Assembly: GCF_044239005.1 (NCBI RefSeq)
Contig: NZ_JBIICH010000001.1
Coordinates: 1-51,051 of the forward strand
Length of the DNA: 51,051 bases
Source: Sphingorhabdus sp.
GTDB lineage: Bacteria > Pseudomonadota > Alphaproteobacteria > Sphingomonadales > Sphingomonadaceae
Direction of reading: 5' to 3'
Shown in pieces: positions 10,511 to 20,252 of the stretch (position 1 is its first letter; each line of letters opens with the position of its first letter). Under the pieces are notes generated by a model. It was not told the origin of the DNA. It did no database searches and saw only the letters and a program-made list of their open reading frames with translations. A program made the position numbers and the translations under genes.

Positions 10511-10579
10511 ACCGTAGCCCTGAGCCCGTCGAAGGGCGCTTGTCGGCTGGACGTACTTCGACAGGCTCAGCACTACGGT
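10511..10579. repeat. REP-like inverted-repeat element (CTGAGCxxGTCGAAG family)
   Basis: Left arm ACCGTAGCCCTGAGCCCGTCGAAG versus reverse complement of the right arm ACCGTAGTGCTGAGCCTGTCGAAG: 21/24 identical. Intergenic. Confidence 0.75.
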
Positions 10580-10598
10580 TTGCACATCAAGGTACAAT

Positions 10599-11324
10599 AT
10601 GAATAGCCCTGCATCCAATTCCGACGACATCCTTAACGGCGCGGCACGGTCGCTGCGCAATGTCCGCTTTGCCCCCATCGGGACAAAGTCGCAGGCCCTG
10701 CGCCGCGCACATTTCTGGGGTAAACTCAGCAAAGCGACAATGGCGGTCGGTGCTGTTTTAATTGGCGCAGGCATCATCGGCGGCATCATTGGCGGCATCG
10801 GTTTTTGGGGCGTGATGATCACCGCCCTGCTCGTGACAACCGCAGCCTATGTCCTGATGCGTTTCCCGCAAATGCCGATGCCCACTGCGGAGAGCCTGAA
10901 GATCACCGATCTGGGCACATTGGCGGGAAAAACAGAGATTTGGCTTGAGGCACAGCGTCCTGCATTGCCAGCGCCAGCAGTGTCGTTGATGCAAGATATC
11001 GGTGTCCGGTTGGACCAGCTTGCGCCGCAACTGCAAACGCTCGACGATAATGACCCTGCGGCCCGTGAAGTCCGGAAACTTGTGGGGGAACATCTGCCCG
11101 AGCTGATTAACGGCTATAAGCGCATTCCTGATAGCCTTCGCCATAAGGAGCATGCCGGAAAGACACCCGCGCAGCAGCTGGTCGATGGCCTGAAGACCAT
11201 AGACCGCGAGATCGAGACGATGACCGGCCAGATTTCGCGCGGTGAGCTCGATAAATTAGCGGTGCGTGGCCGGTATCTTGAAATACGCTATGATAACGCC
11301 GCCGAAAATGGTCAGGGCGTGTAA
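10599..11324 (+). CDS. Conserved membrane protein, XpaC-like partner of TelA
   Basis: Two TM helices followed by a helical domain (EHLPELINGYKRIP); co-oriented downstream of telA. Confidence 0.65.
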   Translation: MNSPASNSDDILNGAARSLRNVRFAPIGTKSQALRRAHFWGKLSKATMAVGAVLIGAGIIGGIIGGIGFWGVMITALLVTTAAYVLMRFPQMPMPTAESLKITDLGTLAGKTEIWLEAQRPALPAPAVSLMQDIGVRLDQLAPQLQTLDDNDPAAREVRKLVGEHLPELINGYKRIPDSLRHKEHAGKTPAQQLVDGLKTIDREIETMTGQISRGELDKLAVRGRYLEIRYDNAAENGQGV

Positions 11325-11385
11325 TCCCGTAATAATGTAAACGCGGGTTGCTATCGATTGCCCACGACATGCACAGGAAAACGGC

Positions 11386-12486
11386 GTGACCCAACCTAGC
11401 TTACAGCGTGACATTTTTGGAACGCTGGCCAGTGGTGAAGCTGTCCACGCGGTGACGCTGACCAATGCTGCTTGCATGTCGGTCCGGATCATCAGCTACG
11501 GCGCGTCTATCCAGTCGGTCTGTGTACCCGACGCCAAGGGTAACTTTGCGGACGTTACAACGGGCTATGCCGATATTGCGGAATATGTCGCGCAGCGGCA
11601 ATATTTCGGCGCGACCGTCGGCCGGGTCGCCAACCGTATTGCCGGCGCGCGTTTTGAACTTGATGGCAAGATCTACAGCGTTCCCGCCAATGACGGCACG
11701 CATGCGCTGCACGGCGGCGATGTCGGGTTCGACAAGATGAACTGGACGATCACGGATTGTGATGAAGAGGCGTTATCGGTGACGCTGTCGCATATTAGCC
11801 CCGATGGTGATCAGGGATATCCGGGCATATTGACGGTTACCGCAACCTATCAATTGCACCCCGACAATGCGCTGTCGGTGCATTACGAAGCCGTCACCGA
11901 CGCGCCGACCTGCGTGAACCTGACGAACCATGCTTATTGGCATTTGGGGGGCGAGGGGGCTGCCTATGATGCGATGGATCATGTGCTGACGATCGCCGCC
12001 GAACAATTTCTGCCGGTGGACGCGACGCTGATCCCTACGGGAGAACGCCGCAGCGTTGTTGCAACGCCATTTGATTTTCGTGAGCCCATGCCGATTAGCA
12101 AATATGTTCGCAGCAACACCGACATTCAACTGACCCATGGCGGCGGATATGACCATAATTGGATCATGGGTGCGCAAGTCACCAGCGAACCCCGATTGAT
12201 GGCACATTTGGAAGATCCCGTGTCCGGCCGGACTATGACGTTGCTGTCTAACCAGCCGGGGCTGCAGTTCTATTCTGGCAATTTCTTTGACGGAACGACA
12301 GCGGGCAAGGCAGGCAAAAGCTATGGTATCGGCGATGCGATTGCGCTTGAGCCGCAAATGTTTCCGGACGCACTCAACCAACCCTCTTTTGCGTCAATTG
12401 TTCTTCGTCCAGGGCAAGTCTATTCGAATGTGATCATGTGGCGTTTCGGCATCGGTCGGGTGTTTTCTCCGAATATCAACGGGTAA
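11386..12486 (+). CDS. galM: Aldose 1-epimerase (mutarotase)
   Basis: GATVGRVANRI, LHGG, NLTNHAYW, GYDHN and PGLQFYSGNF; GTG start. Confidence 0.92.
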   Translation: MTQPSLQRDIFGTLASGEAVHAVTLTNAACMSVRIISYGASIQSVCVPDAKGNFADVTTGYADIAEYVAQRQYFGATVGRVANRIAGARFELDGKIYSVPANDGTHALHGGDVGFDKMNWTITDCDEEALSVTLSHISPDGDQGYPGILTVTATYQLHPDNALSVHYEAVTDAPTCVNLTNHAYWHLGGEGAAYDAMDHVLTIAAEQFLPVDATLIPTGERRSVVATPFDFREPMPISKYVRSNTDIQLTHGGGYDHNWIMGAQVTSEPRLMAHLEDPVSGRTMTLLSNQPGLQFYSGNFFDGTTAGKAGKSYGIGDAIALEPQMFPDALNQPSFASIVLRPGQVYSNVIMWRFGIGRVFSPNING

Positions 12487-12604
12487 ACAAAGGAAGCGCT
12501 AAAACGCGAGGGTCAGTTGCGCTGCGATGCCTGTTTTAGATGCAAAACAGGTTGAAATCAGCTATGCATATCCTCTAGCAGAAAATGCATAATTGGGATG
12601 CTTC

Positions 12605-13012
12605 ATGAATTCACTGCTGAAAGGGGCTGGCGCCCAACCATTTCATTCGTCCTCAAGCATTTTGCTTATCGATGACGAGTACGAAATCCTGCCCGAATAT
12701 CAGGAATTTTTCGAACTCGCGGGGTTCAGAACGTTGACTTGCGCTGATCCCGTTCAAGGCATGGCAATGGTGCTTGAAGCGCCCGACATTGCGGTTGTCA
12801 TCACCGACCTGCGCATGGCGCATTTGGATGGCATCAGCATGATTAAAGGCGTGCGCGCTGCCCTGCCGGAAGGGCGTCATGTGGATTTCATGATACTGAC
12901 GGGCGACGCCAGCACGCAGCTAGGCGACGATTTGGCCGACATTCCCATCTTTCTAAAGCCAGCGGACACGGACGCATTGGTCGCGGCTATCCGCACGGTA
13001 TTGGTGTGTTGA
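12605..13012 (+). CDS. Single-domain response regulator (receiver only)
   Basis: ILLIDDE, ITDLRM (phospho-Asp), LTG and FLKP; no output domain. Confidence 0.85.
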   Translation: MNSLLKGAGAQPFHSSSSILLIDDEYEILPEYQEFFELAGFRTLTCADPVQGMAMVLEAPDIAVVITDLRMAHLDGISMIKGVRAALPEGRHVDFMILTGDASTQLGDDLADIPIFLKPADTDALVAAIRTVLVC

Positions 13013-15711
13013 ACCGCCGCTGGACCGAATTCCCGGCGACCCGGGATATTCCCAAAACAGAACTTCTGATTGCCCTATTGCTGGGTGTTGTAGGACTTTT
13101 TCTGAACACTTTCGAGCTTAAGCTTGGCTGGGGCATGAATTTTGTACTCGGAAACGTGCTGGTATATGCATTTGTGCGCATGTTGGCGCCGCAGTCTCTG
13201 GTGCTTGCGGTTTCAGTGTCAAGCATCGGGTCGATCATCTTGTGGAACCACCCATGGGCTTGGATCGTGTGGGTATGCGAGGCGATGTTTATCGCGATCG
13301 TTGCGCGCCGCACCTCACCTGTCCGCAGCGTCGTCATTTACTGGATAGTGGCAGGCGCGCCTTTGGTGTTCCTATTCTATGGCGGCATCCTGAAAATGGA
13401 TCAGCTGTCGCTTGCCCTTGTGGTCGCAAAGCAGGTCGCGAACGGGATATTGAACGTCGTTCTTGGTGAGTTGATATATGTCTCCCTTCTGAGCGGAAAT
13501 CCGTTCGGAAAATTCGGACATTGGCCAAAGCTTAGGGTGGAATGCTTTACGGTCATGTTATTCATGGGAACGGTGCTGATCCCGGCGACGGTGTATATGG
13601 CGCTGGATGCGCCGTCGCGTGAAGGTGCCGCGATGGACGAGGTTAACAGAAACCTTGAATCGCGCATGAGCGTCGCGGACGCAAAGTTGAGTGCGTGGGT
13701 GGATTCCCGAACTATGTTGCTGCGCGGCTATGCAGATAATGGTGCGCTTCCCCGCGGCCAATCCGATGTTCGTTTGCCGAAGGAATTTTCGGCTGAATTT
13801 CAAAAAATTGCTGTCTTGCTCCCCAATCAAAGCCTGGCGGAATTTGCATCGGCGGAAGGTGGTTCGGTTATCGGAGCAACGCGGGCCAAAGCGGATTTAT
13901 CGCCTTTGACGGACAAGCGTGCGCGCTTGGTTGCGTTAAATCTTGGGCAAGGGCGATCGAATGTCGATTTTGCATTGGTCGTTCCGCATGTTCGGAACGG
14001 CAAAGCGGACTATATTGTCGCAATATTACGACCGGCAACCTTGCATGACCTTGTCGAAATCCCCGGCCAGCATTTCATGGACAATATTTTTGTGATCAGC
14101 CCTGCCCAAGGGACGTTCGCCCTGACTCATGTCACCACAAACGTGCGCACCCTTGTCGGTTCCATGCCCCAAAGTCAGCAGGCGACTGCAGTTACGAAAC
14201 CCGTTCTTATAAGTGACGTCGATTATAGGCGTGCAATCACTTACGATCTGCGTGACTCGCAAATCGTTCGCGTGGGACCCATCGCTGCGCTGCCTGAATG
14301 GCAAGTTGCGTCAGTGCTTCCGCTGGCACCGGCGGTGCTTAAGGCGCGCAAGGGACAACTGCTTCAATTTGTTGCGCTCATTGCATTTGTTTTTCTGATT
14401 GGGCTGCTTGCATCGCGCATGAGCAAGAAGGCGTCGAAAATATTGCGGCGTGTGTCGCAGTCAGCAGCAGACCTTACGCAGTTTGAGGCGGGGAAACCTG
14501 CGTCCGACCAGATATTTATTGAGGAAGTTAGCGAAATTTCGGGAACTATAGCGATGGCAGCGGCTTCGTTCGGACGCGAGCGCGGCGCGTTGGCAAGCTA
14601 TCAACGCCGGCTGAACAGCATCGCGCAGCATGCTCCGATCATCGTCTATGCTGTTGATGTCGCGAATGGCGAAGGGACGGACATGACCTATGTCAGCCCG
14701 TCACTTGAACAAATGCTGGGCTATTCGACGGCCGAAGGTTTGACGGACAAATGGTGGAGCAGTTCCATTCATCCGGACGACTATGATTACTGCATGGCTG
14801 CATTTAGGCATTTGGAGCCGGGAAAAGTGTACGCGGCTGAATATCGCCTCCGGCACAAAAATGGCCCCTATGTCTGGGTATATGACACGCTATCTGTGGA
14901 GCCCACGGCGCAGGGGGCAGAGCAAGAAGCCGTTGGCATCATCATGGATATTTCCGAACGAAAGGCATCCGAGGATCAGCTTTTGCAATCGGACAAGATG
15001 GCAAGCCTTGGCCGGATGATTTCCGGTACCGCGCATGAGCTAAACCAGCCGTTGAACTTTATCAAAATGGCAGCATCAAACCTGCGTGAAAACGCGGTGC
15101 GGGGGCGCTTGGACGCGGAAAAGTTCATTCCCAAGCTTGAAAATGTTCTGGCGCAGGTCGAACGTGCCTCTGCCATATTGCTGCAAATGCGGATATTTGG
15201 CCGGACGTCGAAGGAAGCACCGTCCGCGATCAATATTCAACATACGGTTGAAGCGGCCATCTTAATGGCCGAACCACAGATGGAGCTCGACGGGACACAA
15301 CTGGTCACTGAAGTGAAAGCATCCGACATCTACGTGCGGGCGTTGCCCGTGATGCTGGAGCAGGTTCTTCTGAACCTGTTCATCAATGCTAATGATGCCA
15401 TTCATGGTCGGCATGATGTCGGCGATAGCGCAGAAGGTGAGATAAAAATCACCATTGATCGTAATGAGCGGTCGGCGGTGATCATAGTGGCGGACAACGG
15501 CCCCGGTATCCCCCCAGATGTCTTGCCCAAGATATTCGAACCCTTCTTTACGACTAAGCCGCCCAAGGAAGGGACCGGGCTTGGACTATCGATAAGCTAT
15601 GGCATCATCCGCGACATGGGCGGCGTTTTGCGCGCCAAATCGAGCCGTAAAGGCGCACGGTTCATTATTGAACTGCCACTGGCCGATGCCACCGCAACCG
15701 AGGCCGCTTGA
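13006..15711 (+). CDS. Membrane PAS-domain sensor histidine kinase (NtrB/DctB-type core)
   Basis: Multi-TM N-terminus, extracytoplasmic domain, PAS (YVSPS..MLGY, IHPDD, EYRL), AHELNQPL, N-box NANDA, DNGPGI, EPFFTTK and GTGLGL. Confidence 0.92.
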   Translation: MLNRRWTEFPATRDIPKTELLIALLLGVVGLFLNTFELKLGWGMNFVLGNVLVYAFVRMLAPQSLVLAVSVSSIGSIILWNHPWAWIVWVCEAMFIAIVARRTSPVRSVVIYWIVAGAPLVFLFYGGILKMDQLSLALVVAKQVANGILNVVLGELIYVSLLSGNPFGKFGHWPKLRVECFTVMLFMGTVLIPATVYMALDAPSREGAAMDEVNRNLESRMSVADAKLSAWVDSRTMLLRGYADNGALPRGQSDVRLPKEFSAEFQKIAVLLPNQSLAEFASAEGGSVIGATRAKADLSPLTDKRARLVALNLGQGRSNVDFALVVPHVRNGKADYIVAILRPATLHDLVEIPGQHFMDNIFVISPAQGTFALTHVTTNVRTLVGSMPQSQQATAVTKPVLISDVDYRRAITYDLRDSQIVRVGPIAALPEWQVASVLPLAPAVLKARKGQLLQFVALIAFVFLIGLLASRMSKKASKILRRVSQSAADLTQFEAGKPASDQIFIEEVSEISGTIAMAAASFGRERGALASYQRRLNSIAQHAPIIVYAVDVANGEGTDMTYVSPSLEQMLGYSTAEGLTDKWWSSSIHPDDYDYCMAAFRHLEPGKVYAAEYRLRHKNGPYVWVYDTLSVEPTAQGAEQEAVGIIMDISERKASEDQLLQSDKMASLGRMISGTAHELNQPLNFIKMAASNLRENAVRGRLDAEKFIPKLENVLAQVERASAILLQMRIFGRTSKEAPSAINIQHTVEAAILMAEPQMELDGTQLVTEVKASDIYVRALPVMLEQVLLNLFINANDAIHGRHDVGDSAEGEIKITIDRNERSAVIIVADNGPGIPPDVLPKIFEPFFTTKPPKEGTGLGLSISYGIIRDMGGVLRAKSSRKGARFIIELPLADATATEAA

Positions 15712-15787
15712 ACCCGTCTGAGGGTTGGAACCAGATCTTCATGCGGTGTTCCATTGACAGGCAGCGGACTTCACAGCAAAGTGCGAA

Positions 15788-15801
15788 TGACACCGGTTAC
15801 C
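15788..15801 (+). promoter_or_regulatory. LacI-family (HumR-like) operator downstream of a TTGACA -35 box (15754-15759)
   Basis: TGACACCGGTTACC, a near-palindrome centred on ACCGGT, upstream of the GH43-uxaC-uxuB operon. Confidence 0.6.
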
Positions 15802-15828
15802 TTGGGCAACCCTAAAAGGAATGAAGCG

Positions 15829-17460
15829 ATGATTAGCCGCCGCACGAGCCTTTTGCTTTTGGGTTCCACGCCACTGCTGCCTTACGCAGCCCGCGCGCAA
15901 GGATCGGCCGCTACCTCCAGCCTTGATCCACATGCAGCGATGCGTTGGGCGAAGGGGTTTGAAGGCCAACGCCGTGCCGATTTGGGCAATGGTCGTTTCC
16001 TTAATCCCATTTTTGCGGGCGATCATCCCGATCCGTCATTGGTGTGTGACGGAGAGGATTATTATCTCACTTTCTCCACCTTTGACGCATATCCCGGCAT
16101 TGTCATTTGGCACAGCCGAGACCTTGTGAACTGGCGACCCGTTACTGCCGCACTGACAAAACCAATTGGTTCAGTGTGGGCACCAGATCTGGTGAAACAT
16201 GAGGGCCGTTTCTATTGCTACATTCCGGCGCGAACCCCTGAAAAGAAATCGATCTACGTCATCACCGCGGACAAGATCGAAGGGCCGTGGAGCGACCCGG
16301 TTGACCTGAATTTGCCCCTGCATATCGACCCTGCGCATGTGGCAGACGACGACGGCACGCGTTGGCTGTTTCTTTCCGGTGGAGACCGTGTTCAGCTATC
16401 AGGCGACGGCTTATCGACCGTCGGCGATGTCGAGCATGTTTACGACCCGTGGCGTTATCCGGAAGAATGGGTGGTTGAAACATTCGCGCCCGAAGGTCCT
16501 AAGATCATGAAGCGCGGTGACTATTGGTATATGACGACTGCGGTGGGCGGCACCGCTGGCCCGCCTACTGGTCATATGGTCATCATGGCGCGCAGCAAAT
16601 CGCTCGCTGGCCCATGGGAGAATTGTCCGCGCAATCCGATAATCCGGACTTTATCAGCGCGTGAAAAATGGTGGTCGCGCGGCCATGCGACATTGTTCGA
16701 AGGCCCGGGCGGCACATATTGGATGATGTATCATGGCTATGAAAATGGCTATTGGACGTTGGGCCGGCAGACGCTGCTTGAGCCCGTAAAATGGGACGCT
16801 GATGGCTGGCCGCGTCCATTGGGTGGTGATCTGTCCCGCCCGATTAAGAAGCCGCGCGATATTGGCCCTCAACCACATGGCGCGCCATTGTCGGATGATT
16901 TTTCGACGGACAAAATGGGCACGCAATGGGCGTTTTATGATCCGGCCAATGAAGAAGCCAATAGGCTGAAGCGGGTTGGCGGCACCCTGCATATGGCGGC
17001 CAAGGGCAAGACGCCGTCAGATTGCGCGCCCTTATGCGCGTTGGCAGGCGATCAGGCGTACCGCGTCATTGTGGATATTGAAACCGATCCCGGAGCGGAA
17101 GGCGGTATATTGCTGTTCTACAATCGCCGGCTTTATGCAGGATTGGGCTTTGGCAGTAAGGGCCTTGTCATGCATCGCTATGGCCTGCAACGGCCACGCG
17201 GCGCCATTCCAGGACAGCGCGACCCCGGCGGCAGCGCTGTGTCGAAACTGTCGATCCGTCTGACCAACGACCGCAACATCCTGACCATTCACACCAGCGA
17301 TGATGGCCGCAAGACATGGCGCAAGTTCGACGTCCAAATGGAAGTATCGGGCTATCACCATAATGTCGCTTATGATTTCCTTTCGCTGCGTCCAGCGCTC
17401 TATGCCGCCGGACAAGGCGAAGTCCGCTTTCGCAATTTCACCTATGAGGCTTTACCTTGA
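15829..17460 (+). CDS. GH43 glycoside hydrolase (beta-xylosidase/arabinofuranosidase), probably Tat-exported
   Basis: NPIFAGDHPDPS, WAPD, HIDP, EGP, GRQTLL and a C-terminal beta-sandwich. Tat-like SRRTSLL leader. RBS AAAGGA before ATG 15829. Confidence 0.9.
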   Translation: MISRRTSLLLLGSTPLLPYAARAQGSAATSSLDPHAAMRWAKGFEGQRRADLGNGRFLNPIFAGDHPDPSLVCDGEDYYLTFSTFDAYPGIVIWHSRDLVNWRPVTAALTKPIGSVWAPDLVKHEGRFYCYIPARTPEKKSIYVITADKIEGPWSDPVDLNLPLHIDPAHVADDDGTRWLFLSGGDRVQLSGDGLSTVGDVEHVYDPWRYPEEWVVETFAPEGPKIMKRGDYWYMTTAVGGTAGPPTGHMVIMARSKSLAGPWENCPRNPIIRTLSAREKWWSRGHATLFEGPGGTYWMMYHGYENGYWTLGRQTLLEPVKWDADGWPRPLGGDLSRPIKKPRDIGPQPHGAPLSDDFSTDKMGTQWAFYDPANEEANRLKRVGGTLHMAAKGKTPSDCAPLCALAGDQAYRVIVDIETDPGAEGGILLFYNRRLYAGLGFGSKGLVMHRYGLQRPRGAIPGQRDPGGSAVSKLSIRLTNDRNILTIHTSDDGRKTWRKFDVQMEVSGYHHNVAYDFLSLRPALYAAGQGEVRFRNFTYEALP

Positions 17461-18857
17461 CTACGCCCCTGAAACTTCATCCTGACCGGCTTTTCCCGAC
17501 GGACCCTGCCGTTCGGGATATCTCCCGCCGGCTATATGCCGAAGTGGCTGACTTGCCGATCATCAGCCCGCATGGCCATACCGATCCCGAATGGTGGGCG
17601 ACCGATGCGTCTTTTGGCAATGCAACGGAATTGCTTCTGCATCCCGATCATTACGTCCTGCGCATGTTATATTCGCAAGGTGTTCCGCTTGAGGCGCTGG
17701 GCATCCGCAATGCCGATGCTGACCCACGCGAAAGCTGGCGGCTGTTCGCCGAACGCTATCATTTGTTTCGGGGAACGCCCTCGCGTATGTGGCTCGACTG
17801 GGTCTTTGCCGAAAGCTTTGGCTTGGACGTTCTGTTGTCGGCCGACACGTCAGATCATTATTATGACGCGATTACCGCAAAGCTCGAAACCAGTGCGTTT
17901 CGGCCGCGGGCATTGTTCGAACGCTATAATATTGAGGTTATCGCCACAACCGAGAACCCACTCGACGATTTGCGCCACCATCAAGCGATACGCGACAGCG
18001 GCTGGTCCGGTCGTGTCATAACGGCGTATCGCCCTGATCCGGTTATTGACCCCGAATTCGAAGGTTTTGTCGATAATCTGAAAACCCTTTCGGCATTGAC
18101 CGGTGAGGATTGTTTCAGCTGGACTGGCTATTTGGCCGCGCACCGCCAGCGCCGCGCCTTCTTTGCATCGATGGGGGCGACCTCCACCGATCATGGTCAC
18201 CCTACCGCGCGTACGGCGGATTTGTCGCCGGCCGACGCAGAGGCGCTGTTTGCCCGTGTCGTGCGTGGATCATGCTCCGCCGCTGACGCAGAATTGTTCC
18301 GCGCGCAGATGTTGACCGAAATGGCGGGCATGAGCGTTGACGACGGCTTGGTCATGCAAATTCATCCCGGCGCGTTCCGCAACCACAATCCATCGCTGTT
18401 CCATCAATTCGGACGCGACAAGGGGGCGGATATTCCGACGTCCACTGGCTATGTGCATGAACTGCACCCATTGCTGGCCAAGCACGGCAACAATGCCGAC
18501 CTGACAATCATTCTCTTTACGCTCGACGAGACCGCGTACGCGCGCGAATTGGCACCGTTGGCGGGGCACTATCCAGCGCTGAAGCTTGGGCCCGCATGGT
18601 GGTTCCATGACAGCCCCGAAGGTATGCGCCGCTTCCGCAACCAGATGACGGAAACCGCCGGTTTTTATAATACGGTCGGCTTCAATGACGACACCCGCGC
18701 ATTCTTGTCGATACCGGCGCGCCACGATGTTGCCCGCCGGATCGATTGCGGTTTTCTGGCGCAATTGGTTGCCGAACACCGCATGGAAGAATGGGAAGCC
18801 GCCGAGCTCGCGGTGGACCTGAGCTATAATCTGGCAAAAGCAGCGTATAAATTATGA
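17457..18857 (+). CDS. uxaC: Glucuronate (uronate) isomerase
   Basis: LPIISPHGH, PDHYVLRMLYSQG, TDHG, MQIHPG, AWWFHD and FNDDTRAF; TTGA overlap with the GH43 gene. Confidence 0.95.
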   Translation: MTTPLKLHPDRLFPTDPAVRDISRRLYAEVADLPIISPHGHTDPEWWATDASFGNATELLLHPDHYVLRMLYSQGVPLEALGIRNADADPRESWRLFAERYHLFRGTPSRMWLDWVFAESFGLDVLLSADTSDHYYDAITAKLETSAFRPRALFERYNIEVIATTENPLDDLRHHQAIRDSGWSGRVITAYRPDPVIDPEFEGFVDNLKTLSALTGEDCFSWTGYLAAHRQRRAFFASMGATSTDHGHPTARTADLSPADAEALFARVVRGSCSAADAELFRAQMLTEMAGMSVDDGLVMQIHPGAFRNHNPSLFHQFGRDKGADIPTSTGYVHELHPLLAKHGNNADLTIILFTLDETAYARELAPLAGHYPALKLGPAWWFHDSPEGMRRFRNQMTETAGFYNTVGFNDDTRAFLSIPARHDVARRIDCGFLAQLVAEHRMEEWEAAELAVDLSYNLAKAAYKL

Positions 18858-20221
18858 GGCTTTCTGACGCTAACCTCGCGCATTTGCCCGTGGCGGTTAC
18901 GAGGCCCGCATATGACCGCGATACGCGCGGCGTTGGCATCGTGCATTTCGGTATCGGCGCGTTTCATCGCGCGCATCAGGCAGCCTATACCGACGATGCC
19001 ATGGCCGCAGAAAGCGGTGATTGGCGTATCTTGGGCGTGTCGCTGCGTTCGGGCAATGTGCGCGACCAAATGCGTCCGCAAGACGGCCTCTATGCGCTCG
19101 TCGAACAGAGCGCAGATGGCAGCAAGGTCCGCGTCATCGGTTCGGTTGCAGATGTGATCGTTGCTGCGGAGGAACGCGACCGGCTTATCGCGGCCTTGGC
19201 GAATCCAGCGACCCATATCGTCAGCTTCACCATCACCGAAAAAGGCTATTGCCGCGCGCCGGACGGCGCAATCGACTTTGATGTGGCGGATGGTGGTTCG
19301 GTATATGCCTATCTGGCGGAAGCATTCCGGAGGCGACGTGACGCCGGATCACCCGGCCTGACGTTGATGAGTTGCGACAATCTTGCGGGAAATGGCGCGC
19401 AGTTGAAGCGACTGATGACCGCATATCTCCATCGTCATGCGCCGGAGCTTGTCAGCTGGTTCGAGGAAAAATGTGCGTGCCCATCGACGATGGTCGACCG
19501 CATCGTTCCGGCAACTACCGAAGCTGATCGGAAGGGCGCCGAGGCACTCACCGGCCTGCGCGATGATGCGATGGTGGTGACAGAACCGTTCAGCCAATGG
19601 GTGATCGAAGACAATTTTGCGGGGCCGCGGCCGGCTTGGGAAAAGCATGGCGCGTTGATGACGTCGAATGTCCACGCTTATGAAGAGGCCAAGCTGCGTC
19701 TGCTAAACGGCGCGCATTCCGCGCTCGCCTATTTGGGTTTAAAGCGCGGCCATGAATTTGTGCATCAGGCCATCGCTGATCCTGAATTGGCGCGCTTGGC
19801 AAACACCCTGATGCGCGATGAAGCAGCGACCAGTCTGGAGCCCGCGCCGGGACAAGATCTCAACGCATATGCCGACGCATTGATCGCGCGGTTTCAAAAC
19901 CCCGCGCTCAACCACCGGCTCATCCAGATTGCGATGGATGGCAGCCAGAAAATCCCCCAGCGCTGGTTGGCAACGCTGGCCAGCCAACAGGCGAGGGGGA
20001 AACGATGCCCGTCTATCCTGACCGCCATCAGCGGATGGCTATGCCATATTCGCGGGGACAATGGCATTGTAGATGATCCTTTGGCAGAGGTTTTGAAAGC
20101 AACATGGGCCCAAGCAGGGGCGCACGGCATATCTGCCGCATTGTTCAGTGCCGGTGGCATAATGGCGAGCGCTTGGACGCCAAGCGAAGCGGATCTGCTC
20201 GAGATTGCGCGTCAATTATAG
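18854..20221 (+). CDS. uxuB: Mannitol dehydrogenase family protein (fructuronate/mannonate oxidoreductase)
   Basis: GIVHFGIGAFHRAHQA, TITEKGY, SCDN, MVDRIVP, KLRLLNGAH and IAMDGSQK; ATGA overlap with uxaC. Confidence 0.85.
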   Translation: MRLSDANLAHLPVAVTRPAYDRDTRGVGIVHFGIGAFHRAHQAAYTDDAMAAESGDWRILGVSLRSGNVRDQMRPQDGLYALVEQSADGSKVRVIGSVADVIVAAEERDRLIAALANPATHIVSFTITEKGYCRAPDGAIDFDVADGGSVYAYLAEAFRRRRDAGSPGLTLMSCDNLAGNGAQLKRLMTAYLHRHAPELVSWFEEKCACPSTMVDRIVPATTEADRKGAEALTGLRDDAMVVTEPFSQWVIEDNFAGPRPAWEKHGALMTSNVHAYEEAKLRLLNGAHSALAYLGLKRGHEFVHQAIADPELARLANTLMRDEAATSLEPAPGQDLNAYADALIARFQNPALNHRLIQIAMDGSQKIPQRWLATLASQQARGKRCPSILTAISGWLCHIRGDNGIVDDPLAEVLKATWAQAGAHGISAALFSAGGIMASAWTPSEADLLEIARQL

Positions 20222-20252
20222 ACAATTGTGGCGCACATCGAACGACGCTGGA

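Noticed and set aside
12530-12551. Inverted repeat CCTGTTTT-AGATGC-AAAACAGG upstream of the response regulator
   Set aside because: It is short, single copy and matches no motif I can name, so it could be chance or a weak terminator.
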